Part shown: positions 1-7,777 of the stretch, piece after piece
Layout of the letters: every line of letters begins with the position of its first letter
Numbering within the stretch: position 1 is the stretch's first letter
IMG/VR virus record: IMGVR_UViG_2617270976_000017
Coordinates: 1-16,721 of that record
Length of the DNA: 16,721 bases
Origin: a virus
Taxonomy: Duplodnaviria > Heunggongvirae > Uroviricota > Caudoviricetes
Reading direction: 5' to 3' (one strand)
The notes under the pieces: generated by a model
Database searches by the model: none
Seen by the model: only the letters and a program-made list of their open reading frames with translations
What the model was told of the DNA's origin: nothing
Translations under genes and position numbers: made by a program

Positions 1-378
1 CCTGCTGACCATTGTCTGCATGATGTTCAGGATATGAGTACGATTAATCATCCCCGGGCTGACCTGAGCAAAGGGCAGTACGGCTGTGTCGGACAGGGCT
101 TACATATTGCCAAAAAACTGCTTCCGTATATCCCTAATAACGCGGGGATCCTGCTGGTACCATGCTGTCGTGGTGGTTCGGCATTCACCCAGGGCACGGA
201 GGGGACATTCAGCGAGTCCACGGGGGCCAGTCAGGATTCGGCTCGCTGGGGAGTGGGTAAGCCGTTATATCAGGATCTGCTTTTCCGCACGAAGGCAGCA
301 TTGCAGAAAAACCCGAAAAACGTTTTGCTGGCGATATGCTGGATGCAGGGGGAATTCGATATGACGAATGCCAGTTAG
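1..378 (+). CDS. 3' portion of a hypothetical prophage protein; reading frame is open from base 1, so probably 5'-truncated by the window edge
   Basis: Frame 1 has no stop from position 1 to TAG at 376-378; the ORF track starts it at ATG 34 only because that is the first Met. GC-rich like the phage backbone. No family recognised with confidence (a weak impression of an SGNH/esterase-like 'W-x-QGE-x-D' block, not verifiable here). Confidence 0.4.
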   Translation, partial: PADHCLHDVQDMSTINHPRADLSKGQYGCVGQGLHIAKKLLPYIPNNAGILLVPCCRGGSAFTQGTEGTFSESTGASQDSARWGVGKPLYQDLLFRTKAALQKNPKNVLLAICWMQGEFDMTNAS

Positions 379-587
379 TGCTGGTGAGCCTTGACGGGCT
401 GATCTCCTATGCAGCAAAGGTTCATCTCAAAGTAAGACGAACGCTATGACAAACCAAGATTCTATAGACCTATCTGATCTTCGTGGAATGGTCAGTTTTC
501 CAGACAAAAGGTAATCACCATAGTCGTATGGCTATGAATCTTGTTGCTGCAGATAAGCATTTTGTGATTGAAGTGGTCAAATCTCTC

Positions 588-644
588 AAATGCAGTAAAA
601 TGCAGTGCGCTATAATTCAATAACGGAGGGAGTAAGGAGAAGTC
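588..644 (+). promoter_or_regulatory. putative promoter/RBS region for the 645..1265 gene: tandem AAATGCAGT x2 (588-606), TATAAT (611-616), strong Shine-Dalgarno GGAGGG/AAGGAGA (625-640)
   Basis: Perfect -10 hexamer 29 nt upstream of ATG 645; double SD motif 5-15 nt upstream of the ATG; no convincing -35, so promoter call is weak. Confidence 0.3.
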
Positions 645-1265
645 ATGAAAGATCAAGATGTTAGGTTCGCGGTGCATCATAAGCTTTTGAAAGAATCGCA
701 TTTAGATCCAGACTGCCTTGTGGTCGATGAATTTTCCATATCCCTTGGCGCCAGTAGAGCAGACATTGCTGTAATAAATGGTGTTATACACGGGTACGAG
801 CTCAAAAGTGAATATGACTCTTTGGAGCGTTTGCCTCTTCAAATCAAGCATTATTCTTCTGTAATGGACAAGGTTACTCTTGTCGTAGCTGAGAAACACC
901 TTGAGGGAGCATTAAAGTTAATCCCAGGTTGGTGGGGCGTTAAAACGGTTTCTGTTGGGCCAAAAGGCGCCATTCTTATAAAGCACATGCGTGGAGAAAA
1001 GCTTAATCGAAACCATGACACATTGATGCTCGCTCAATTGCTTTGGAAAGATGAATGTATCGACGTACTTGAACGATGGGGCTATTCCAAAGGAATCAAA
1101 AGCAAGCCCCGATTTGAGTTATGGAATATTATTGCGGAAAATATTCCAATAGCGAATCTCAGGCTTGAAGTCAGAACAGCCTTAAAGAAACGCGTAGGCT
1201 GGAAAGTTAAGGCTTGGCAGGCTGAGTCTGCGCCAACCAATAAAGCTGTCTCACGACTAACGTAA
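645..1265 (+). CDS. hypothetical 206-aa protein with a PD-(D/E)xK-like nuclease signature (..RADIAVINGVIHGYELKSE..); accessory (moron) gene
   Basis: Long ORF with strong RBS; AT-richer than the flanking phage structural genes; Asp followed ~12 residues later by E-L-K in hydrophobic beta-strand-like context, as in restriction-endonuclease-fold proteins. Family assignment not possible without HMM search. Confidence 0.65.
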   Translation: MKDQDVRFAVHHKLLKESHLDPDCLVVDEFSISLGASRADIAVINGVIHGYELKSEYDSLERLPLQIKHYSSVMDKVTLVVAEKHLEGALKLIPGWWGVKTVSVGPKGAILIKHMRGEKLNRNHDTLMLAQLLWKDECIDVLERWGYSKGIKSKPRFELWNIIAENIPIANLRLEVRTALKKRVGWKVKAWQAESAPTNKAVSRLT

Positions 1266-2274
1266 TATGGTGCGTATGTGCAACTTTACGCCATTCTTTA
1301 GAGCCGCCAGATTTGTTAGCGCCTAATGATCTTTGGTAAATGTAATCATCCCCCCAACTAAATTTGGAGCCAAAGACTTGATACTCTGGCGAACTAACAA
1401 GGGTAGTACATAAGTTTTTAGTTTGGCCCCATCCATTTCCTTTAACTGCGGTACCTTTTACAAAGATCCATGAGGTATCGTTCGAATATCTCACTGAGAC
1501 ATACTGAGACATGAAGCGTGGGTCTACGCTCGTAATGGTAGAGCTAGCGGTGGGATAATCACTAAAACTTGGCGTTCTTCCATTGCTAAAATTCTGTACT
1601 ACGTACATCCAAAGATCGTATTCATGGCGCGGAATATGATGAACTTGATGTTGCGGTATCCCTGCCTGTGATGCCGGGTATGCGGTTGAAGATAAAATCA
1701 AGTTTCTCCACGGAGCTTGGCCTGATAATGTGTTGACCATGCTTAATGCTTGTTGTTTTAAACTATCAGTTGCGTTTTGAATATCTCCAAAATCAATGAT
1801 TACATCAATTAAACTAGGATGAATATTTAAGTGGTTAACCAGACTTGTGAATTGGTGCCATGTCTGGGGGGTGATAGATATAGCGAGCCCATTGATTAAG
1901 TTGCGTTGAACAGCATGTATATAGTTTGTTGAATATGCGGGAGAAACAACAGGGATAATTTCCTTACCATTTACTCTAGCATCTTGGATACACATATCTA
2001 GAGGATGATGGCGGCTCGAACCATGTTTATCTAAATATTTAACATCCAGCAAAACAGGACGATTGGCTTTCCAGGATGCCGCAAGGTTAATACCGAAGTC
2101 AGATAAGTAAGAACTCAAACTCTTCTTGTAGCATTCGTTTTCATAATCCCAGTCTATGTCTGGAATGGTAATGATCGGAGTAAAACCAGAGAGCGTAGTT
2201 TGATCTAAAAGCATCAGAGATTCATATTCAGCAGGCTTCCATTTCAGCTGTGGATAATATTGATGTTGACTCAT
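1207..2274 (-). CDS. hypothetical 355-aa protein, convergent to and overlapping the 3' end of 645..1265; accessory gene
   Basis: Long minus-strand ORF; ATG at 2274-2272 preceded by a perfect AAGGAG (complement of 2280-2285) with 5-nt spacing; same AT-rich composition as its neighbour. No recognisable lambda homolog. Confidence 0.65.
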   Translation of the reverse strand: MSQHQYYPQLKWKPAEYESLMLLDQTTLSGFTPIITIPDIDWDYENECYKKSLSSYLSDFGINLAASWKANRPVLLDVKYLDKHGSSRHHPLDMCIQDARVNGKEIIPVVSPAYSTNYIHAVQRNLINGLAISITPQTWHQFTSLVNHLNIHPSLIDVIIDFGDIQNATDSLKQQALSMVNTLSGQAPWRNLILSSTAYPASQAGIPQHQVHHIPRHEYDLWMYVVQNFSNGRTPSFSDYPTASSTITSVDPRFMSQYVSVRYSNDTSWIFVKGTAVKGNGWGQTKNLCTTLVSSPEYQVFGSKFSWGDDYIYQRSLGANKSGGSKEWRKVAHTHHITLVVRQLYWLAQTQPAKP

Positions 2275-2470
2275 TAAAACTCCTTAAAATCTTTACTTAT
2301 CCTAAGTATAGTGTTATGGCGTAACGCCAATTGTTTTTATACACTTGAAAACATTGGGAAAAGTTGAGCTATATCTAAATTTACAAAATTGGATGTTATA
2401 GAAATCGAGGTTTCAACTAGGCATGGAACTGCAAAATTTTTAATGCCTGCACGCGAAAGTCGTTGGCGGG

Positions 2471-2497
2471 TCCTTTCCGGTGATCCAGATCGTTACG
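2471..2497 (+). other. cosQ-like segment immediately upstream of cosN
   Basis: TCCTTTCCGGTGATCC...GTTACG matches my recollection of the last ~27 bases of the phage lambda genome (right end). Confidence 0.55.
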
Positions 2498-2509
2498 GGG
2501 CGGCGACCT
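2498..2509 (+). other. cosN: 12-nt cohesive-end sequence GGGCGGCGACCT
   Basis: Exact match to the lambda 12-nt cohesive end, followed by CTCGCGG(T)TTTTC-CTATTTATGAAAATTTT as at the lambda left end. Confidence 0.8.
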
Positions 2510-2684
2510 CGCGGTTTTTCACTATTTATGAAAATTTTTCAGGGAAAATCGTGTCGGTACTTCTCGAATATAACTTTTTGTTTTTTTTAATATTGCATTC
2601 ATAAATGTCCGACATGAAAGTGTCCGAAAATGCCTTTTTTTGGCGTTTTCATGTCGGGCCTTGTATTTGATAATGAGTTGTTCT
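2510..2684 (+). promoter_or_regulatory. cosB-like terminase binding region with three oppositely oriented core elements (TGTCGG at 2552-2557, CCGACA at 2609-2614, TGTCGG at 2652-2657) and an AT-rich segment between the first two
   Basis: Position between cosN and the Nu1 start, +/-/+ orientation and spacing (about +54, +111, +154 from cosN) mirror the lambda R3-I1-R2-R1 layout, but the element sequence differs from lambda's. Confidence 0.55.
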
Positions 2685-3233
2685 ATGAAGGTTAATAAAA
2701 AGAGGCTTGCCGAAATTTTTAACGTGGACCCGCGGACGATTGAACGCTGGCAGTCTCAGGGGCTCCCTTGCGTCTCCAAAGGCAGTAAGGGCATTGAATC
2801 TGTATTTGATACTGCCATGGCAATTCAGTGGTATGCGCAGAGGGAAACTGATATCGAAAACGAAAAGCTCCGCAAAGAACTGGCCGATTTGCGTGCGGCA
2901 GCGGAGTCAGATTTACAACCCGGCACCATTGACTATGAACGCTACCGGCTCACAAAAGCGCAGGCAGATGCGCAGGAACTGAAAAATGCCCGTGAAGACG
3001 GAGTGGTGCTGGAAACTGAACTATTTACCTTCATTCTGCAACGTGTGGCACAGGAGATTTCGGGGATACTTGTGCGTGTGCCGTTGACATTACAGCGTAA
3101 ATATCCGGACATTTCACCATCACACCTTGATGTGGTGAAAACTGAAATCGCGAAAGCCTCCAATGTTGCAGCTAAGGCCGGTGAAAACGTGGGCGGGTGG
3201 ATCGATGATTTCAGACGCACAGAAGGCAGCTAA
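2685..3233 (+). CDS. nu1: terminase small subunit (lambda Nu1 homolog)
   Basis: [12 protein letters not shown]...[12 protein letters not shown]...[49 protein letters not shown] aligns along its length with lambda gpNu1 as recalled. Start taken at ATG 2685 (the ORF track's 2640 uses an upstream TTG). Confidence 0.9.
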   Translation: MKVNKKRLAEIFNVDPRTIERWQSQGLPCVSKGSKGIESVFDTAMAIQWYAQRETDIENEKLRKELADLRAAAESDLQPGTIDYERYRLTKAQADAQELKNAREDGVVLETELFTFILQRVAQEISGILVRVPLTLQRKYPDISPSHLDVVKTEIAKASNVAAKAGENVGGWIDDFRRTEGS

Positions 3234-5133
3234 TGCAGCCGGTGCGATAGCTACAGGGCTTTTATCTCTCATTATTCCTGTTCCACTGACGACAGTTCAG
3301 TGGGCCAATAAACATTATTACCTTCCTAAAGAGTCGTCTTATACCCCGGGGCGGTGGGAAACACTGCCGTTTCAGGTTGGCATCATGAACTGTATGGGCA
3401 ACGATTTGATTCGCACTGTTAACCTGATTAAATCTGCCCGTGTTGGTTATACAAAGATGTTGCTGGGAGTGGAGGCTTATTTTATTGAGCATAAATCACG
3501 CAACAGCCTTCTTTTTCAGCCCACGGACTCAGCTGCTGAAGATTTTATGAAATCTCATGTTGAGCCAACGATAAGGGATGTTCCTGCATTGCTGGAGCTG
3601 GCTCCATGGTTCGGAAGAAAACACCGCGATAATACGCTCACCCTGAAGCGTTTTTCCTCCGGTGTGGGTTTCTGGTGTCTGGGGGGAGCGGCAGCAAAAA
3701 ACTACCGTGAAAAATCCGTGGATGTGGTTTGTTATGACGAGCTTTCCTCGTTCGAACCGGATGTTGAAAAAGAGGGTTCGCCAACCCTGCTGGGGGATAA
3801 ACGTATTGAGGGCTCTGTATGGCCAAAATCCATTCGCGGCTCGACGCCTAAAATCAAAGGCTCCTGCCAGATCGAAAAAGCCGCTAACGAGTCGGCACAT
3901 TTCATGCGTTTTTATGTGCCCTGTCCGCACTGTGGGGAGGAGCAGTATCTGAAATTTGGCGATGATGCCTCGCCTTTCGGTCTTAAGTGGGAGAAGAATA
4001 AGCCAGAAAGTGTTTTCTACCTTTGTGAGCATCATGGCTGTGTGATCCATCAGTCTGAGCTTGACCAGAGTAACGGGCGGTGGATCTGTGAAAACACGGG
4101 CATGTGGACTCGTGACGGTCTGACATTTTTCAGCGCCGCGGATAATGAAATTCCGCCGCCGCGCTCCATCACATTCCATATCTGGACGGCGTACAGTCCG
4201 TTCACCACCTGGGTACAGATTGTCTATGACTGGCTGGATGCACTGAAAGATCCCAACGGCCTGAAAACCTTTGTGAACACCACGCTGGGCGAGACCTGGG
4301 AAGAGGCCGTGGGCGAAAAACTCGATCACCAGGTGCTGATGGATAAGGTTGTGCGTTACACGGCTGCGGTGCCTTCCCGGGTGGTTTATCTGACGGCGGG
4401 CATTGACTCGCAGCGAAACCGTTTTGAGATGTATGTCTGGGGATGGGCTCCGGGAGAGGAAGCCTTTCTGGTGGATAAAATCATCATTATGGGGCGTCCC
4501 GATGAGGAAGAGACGCTGTTACGTGTGGATGTGGCGATCAACAAAAAATACCGCCATGCAGACGGAACCGAAATGACCATTTCCCGTGTCTGCTGGGACA
4601 CCGGGGGGATCGATGGCGAAATTGTCTATCAGAGGTCAAAAAAACACGGTGTTTTCCGGGTGCTGCCGGTAAAAGGTGCATCTGTTTATGGCAAGCCGGT
4701 GATCACCATGCCAAAAACCCGCAATCAGCGGGGCGTGTATCTGTGCGAAGTGGGGACGGACACCGCAAAAGAAATTCTCTATGCCCGTATGAAAGCCGAT
4801 CCCACGCCTGCGGATGAAGCCACGTCGTATGCCATCCGTTTTCCTGATGATCCGGAGATTTTTTCGCAGACAGAGGCGCAGCAACTGGTGGCGGAAGAGC
4901 TTGTGGAGAAGTGGGAAAAAGGAAAGATGCGTCTGCTGTGGGATAACAAAAAGCGGCGTAACGAAGCGCTGGACTGCCTGGTGTATGCCTACGCGGCATT
5001 ACGTGTGTCCGTGCAACGCTGGCAGCTTGATCTGGCTGTACTGGCAAAATCCCGGGAAGAAGAGACGACCCGGCCAACCCTTAAAGAACTGGCAGCGAAG
5101 CTGTCCGGAGGAGTGAATGGTTACAGTCGCTGA
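3205..5133 (+). CDS. A: terminase large subunit (lambda gpA homolog)
   Basis: Strong colinear similarity to lambda gpA ([24 protein letters not shown]..., [33 protein letters not shown]..., [10 protein letters not shown]...). Start placed at ATG 3205 (MISDAQ...), overlapping the Nu1 3' end as in lambda. Confidence 0.95.
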   Translation: MISDAQKAANAAGAIATGLLSLIIPVPLTTVQWANKHYYLPKESSYTPGRWETLPFQVGIMNCMGNDLIRTVNLIKSARVGYTKMLLGVEAYFIEHKSRNSLLFQPTDSAAEDFMKSHVEPTIRDVPALLELAPWFGRKHRDNTLTLKRFSSGVGFWCLGGAAAKNYREKSVDVVCYDELSSFEPDVEKEGSPTLLGDKRIEGSVWPKSIRGSTPKIKGSCQIEKAANESAHFMRFYVPCPHCGEEQYLKFGDDASPFGLKWEKNKPESVFYLCEHHGCVIHQSELDQSNGRWICENTGMWTRDGLTFFSAADNEIPPPRSITFHIWTAYSPFTTWVQIVYDWLDALKDPNGLKTFVNTTLGETWEEAVGEKLDHQVLMDKVVRYTAAVPSRVVYLTAGIDSQRNRFEMYVWGWAPGEEAFLVDKIIIMGRPDEEETLLRVDVAINKKYRHADGTEMTISRVCWDTGGIDGEIVYQRSKKHGVFRVLPVKGASVYGKPVITMPKTRNQRGVYLCEVGTDTAKEILYARMKADPTPADEATSYAIRFPDDPEIFSQTEAQQLVAEELVEKWEKGKMRLLWDNKKRRNEALDCLVYAYAALRVSVQRWQLDLAVLAKSREEETTRPTLKELAAKLSGGVNGYSR

Positions 5134-5323
5134 ACTGCAGGCGCTGCGTCAGGCGCGCCTTGATTTATTAACCGGTAAACGGGTGGTGTCTGTCCAGAAA
5201 GATGGTCGCAGAATTGAATATACGGCAGCTTCTCTGGATGAGCTTAACCGGGCGATCAATGATGCGGAGTCGGTACTGGGGACAACCCGCCGTCGCCGTC
5301 GTCCGCTGGGAGTGAGGTTATGA
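5117..5323 (+). CDS. W: head-tail joining / head completion protein (lambda gpW homolog, 68 aa)
   Basis: 68-aa ORF with LLTGKRVVSVQKDGRRIEYTA core matching lambda gpW; overlaps A stop and B start (ATGA) as in lambda. Confidence 0.9.
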   Translation: MVTVAELQALRQARLDLLTGKRVVSVQKDGRRIEYTAASLDELNRAINDAESVLGTTRRRRRPLGVRL

Positions 5324-7029
5324 AACGAACGCCTGTCCTGATTGATGTGAACGGCGTTCCGCTTCGGGAGAGCCTCAGCTACAACGGTGGCGGTGCAGGA
5401 TTTGGCGGGCAAATGGCAGAGTGGTTGCCACCCTCGCAGAGTGCCGATGCGGCCCTGCTGCCCGCGTTGCGTCTGGGGAATGCCCGTGCAGATGATCTGG
5501 TGCGCAATAACGGAATAGCGGCCAATGCGGTGGCCCTGCATAAGGATCACATTGTCGGGCATATGTTTCTGATTAGCTACCGTCCGAACTGGCGCTGGCT
5601 GGGGATGCGGGAGACCGCGGCAAAAAGTTTTGTCGATGAGGTGGAGGCGGCCTGGTCAGAATACGCAGAAGGGATGTTTGGTGAGATCGACGTGGAAGGG
5701 AAACGCACGTTTACGGAATTTATCCGTGAAGGTGTGTGCGTTCATGCGTTTAACGGCGAAATCTTTGTGCAGCCGGTCTGGGATACGGAGAGTACGCAAC
5801 TGTTTCGTACGCGTTTTAAAGCCGTGAGTCCGAAACGGGTGGACACGCCAGGACACGGTATCGGGAACCGTTTTCTGCGGGCCGGTGTGGAGGTTGATCG
5901 ATATGGCCGTGCCGTTGCGTACCATATCTGTGAGGATGATTTTCCTCGCTCCGGGAGTGGACGATGGGAACGGATCCCGCGTGAACTACCCACCGGGCGT
6001 CCGGCCATGCTGCATATTTTCGAGCCGGTGGAGGACGGGCAGACCCGTGGAGCCAATCAGTTTTACAGCGTTATGGAACGGCTGAAGATGCTCGATTCCC
6101 TGCAGGCAACACAGCTTCAGTCGGCCATAGTGAAGGCGATGTATGCAGCGACGATTGAAAGTGACCTTGATACCGAAAAGGCCTTTGAATATATCGCCGG
6201 TGCGCCGCAGGGGCAGAAGGATAATCCGCTTATTAATATTCTGGATAAGTTCTCCACCTGGTATGACACGAATAGCGTGACGCTGGGCGGTGTCAAAATT
6301 CCGCACCTTTTCCCCGGTGATGATCTGAAACTTCAGACCGCGCAGGATTCAGACAATGGATTTTCGGCGCTTGAACAGGCGCTGCTGCGGTATATCGCCG
6401 CCGGTCTTGGCGTTTCCTACGAACAGTTGTCCCGTGATTACTCGAAGGTCAGTTACTCAAGTGCCCGCGCATCCGCCAATGAGTCGTGGCGCTATTTTAT
6501 GGGGCGGCGAAAATTTATTGCGTCCCGGCTGGCCACGCAGATGTTTTCCTGCTGGCTGGAAGAGGCACTTCTTCGGGGGATTATTCGTCCGCCACGGGCA
6601 CGGTTTGATTTTTATCAGGCGCGATCAGCCTGGTCACGGGCTGAGTGGATTGGAGCCGGAAGAATGGCCATTGACGGGCTCAAGGAGGTTCAGGAATCAG
6701 TGATGCGCATTGAGGCCGGACTGAGCACGTATGAGAAAGAGCTGGCGCTGATGGGCGAGGATTATCAGGACATTTTCCGCCAGCAGGTCAGGGAATCTGC
6801 AGAGCGGGAAAAAGCCGGACTCTCACGTCCGGTGTGGATAGCGCAGGCGTATCAGCAGCAGATAGCGGAGAGTCGCAGGCCGGAAGAGGAGACAGTCGCG
6901 GATGAATATGACCAGCCGACGTCCGATATCACGAAGGATAAATGCAGCAAATGCCTGAGCGGCTGTAAGTTTCGCAATAACGTCGGCAACTTTGGCGGCT
7001 TCCTTTCCATTAACAAACTTTCGCAGTAA
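5320..7029 (+). CDS. B: portal protein (lambda gpB homolog) whose last codons are replaced by an in-frame fusion to the 3' end of tail gene L
   Basis: Residues 1-~525 colinear with lambda gpB (GGGAGFGGQ..., FEPVEDGQTRGANQFYSVME..., LRYIAAGLGVSYEQLSR...); the final 44 residues VADEYDQPTSDITKDKCSKCLSGCKFRNNVGNFGGFLSINKLSQ match the C-terminus of lambda gpL. Confidence 0.85.
   Translation: MKRTPVLIDVNGVPLRESLSYNGGGAGFGGQMAEWLPPSQSADAALLPALRLGNARADDLVRNNGIAANAVALHKDHIVGHMFLISYRPNWRWLGMRETAAKSFVDEVEAAWSEYAEGMFGEIDVEGKRTFTEFIREGVCVHAFNGEIFVQPVWDTESTQLFRTRFKAVSPKRVDTPGHGIGNRFLRAGVEVDRYGRAVAYHICEDDFPRSGSGRWERIPRELPTGRPAMLHIFEPVEDGQTRGANQFYSVMERLKMLDSLQATQLQSAIVKAMYAATIESDLDTEKAFEYIAGAPQGQKDNPLINILDKFSTWYDTNSVTLGGVKIPHLFPGDDLKLQTAQDSDNGFSALEQALLRYIAAGLGVSYEQLSRDYSKVSYSSARASANESWRYFMGRRKFIASRLATQMFSCWLEEALLRGIIRPPRARFDFYQARSAWSRAEWIGAGRMAIDGLKEVQESVMRIEAGLSTYEKELALMGEDYQDIFRQQVRESAEREKAGLSRPVWIAQAYQQQIAESRRPEEETVADEYDQPTSDITKDKCSKCLSGCKFRNNVGNFGGFLSINKLSQ
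6895..7029 (+). pseudogene. L: 3' remnant of tail tip gene L (last ~44 codons) fused to B
   Basis: C-terminal gpL sequence including the Cys-rich CSKCLSGC block; immediately followed by K as in lambda gene order L-K-I-J. Confidence 0.7.
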
Positions 7030-7033
7030 TCCC

Positions 7034-7777
7034 ATGACAGAGACAGAATCAGCGATTCTGGCGCACGCCCGGCGATGTGCGCCAGCGGAGTCGTGCGGCT
7101 TCGTGGTGAGAGCGCCGGAGGGGGAAAGATATTTCCCCGGCGTGAATATCTCCGGTGAGCCGGAGGATTATTTCCGTATGTCGCCGGAAGACTGGCTGCA
7201 GGCAGAAATGCAGGGTGAGATTGTGGCGCTGGTCCACAGCCACCACGGTGGTCTGCCCTGGCTGAGTGAGGCCGACCGGCGGCTGCAGGTGCAGAGTGAT
7301 TTGCCGTGGTGGCTGGTCTGCCGGGGGACGATTCACAAGTTCCGCTGTGTGCCGCATCTCACCGGGCGGCGCTTTGAGCACGGGGTGACGGACTGTTACA
7401 CGCTGTTCCGGGATGCTTATCATCTGGCGGGGATTGAGATGCCGGATTTTCATCGCGGGGATGACTGGTGGCGTCACGGTCAGAATCTCTATCTGGATAA
7501 TCTGGAAGCCACAGGGCTGTATCAGGTGCCGTTGTCATCAGCACAACCGGGCGATGTGCTGCTGTGCTGCTTTGGTTCATCGGTGCCGAATCATGCCGCC
7601 ATTTACTGTGGTGACGGCGAGCTGCTGCACCATATTCCTGAACAACTGAGCAAACGAGAGAGGTATACCGACAAATGGCAGCGACGCACACACTCCCTCT
7701 GGCGTCACCAGGCATGGCACGCATCTGCCTTTACGGGGATTTACAACGATTTGGCCGCCGCATCGATCTGCGTGTGA
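7034..7777 (+). CDS. K: tail assembly protein K (lambda gpK homolog)
   Basis: MTETESAILAHARRCAPAESCGFVV...HSHH... ORF; overlaps I by ~100 nt as K and I do in lambda. An internal Met at 7178 corresponds to the shorter classical K annotation. Confidence 0.85.
   Translation: MTETESAILAHARRCAPAESCGFVVRAPEGERYFPGVNISGEPEDYFRMSPEDWLQAEMQGEIVALVHSHHGGLPWLSEADRRLQVQSDLPWWLVCRGTIHKFRCVPHLTGRRFEHGVTDCYTLFRDAYHLAGIEMPDFHRGDDWWRHGQNLYLDNLEATGLYQVPLSSAQPGDVLLCCFGSSVPNHAAIYCGDGELLHHIPEQLSKRERYTDKWQRRTHSLWRHQAWHASAFTGIYNDLAAASICV

Noticed and set aside
2318-2328. Short palindrome GGCGTAACGCC upstream of the minus-strand 355-aa gene
   Set aside because: Only 5-bp arms around a single base; too short to call an operator or terminator without further evidence.
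2389-2604. 71-aa ORF spanning the cos region
   Set aside because: It runs straight through cosQ, cosN and the terminase-binding elements in an AT-rich non-coding stretch, has no convincing RBS, and its product is low-complexity; this region is explained by cos.
3529-4329. 266-aa minus-strand ORF inside terminase large subunit gene
   Set aside because: Antisense to a strongly conserved gpA coding region; no independent signal, typical shadow ORF in GC-rich coding DNA.
7049-7477. 142-aa minus-strand ORF inside K
   Set aside because: Antisense to the conserved gpK frame; no supporting start context.
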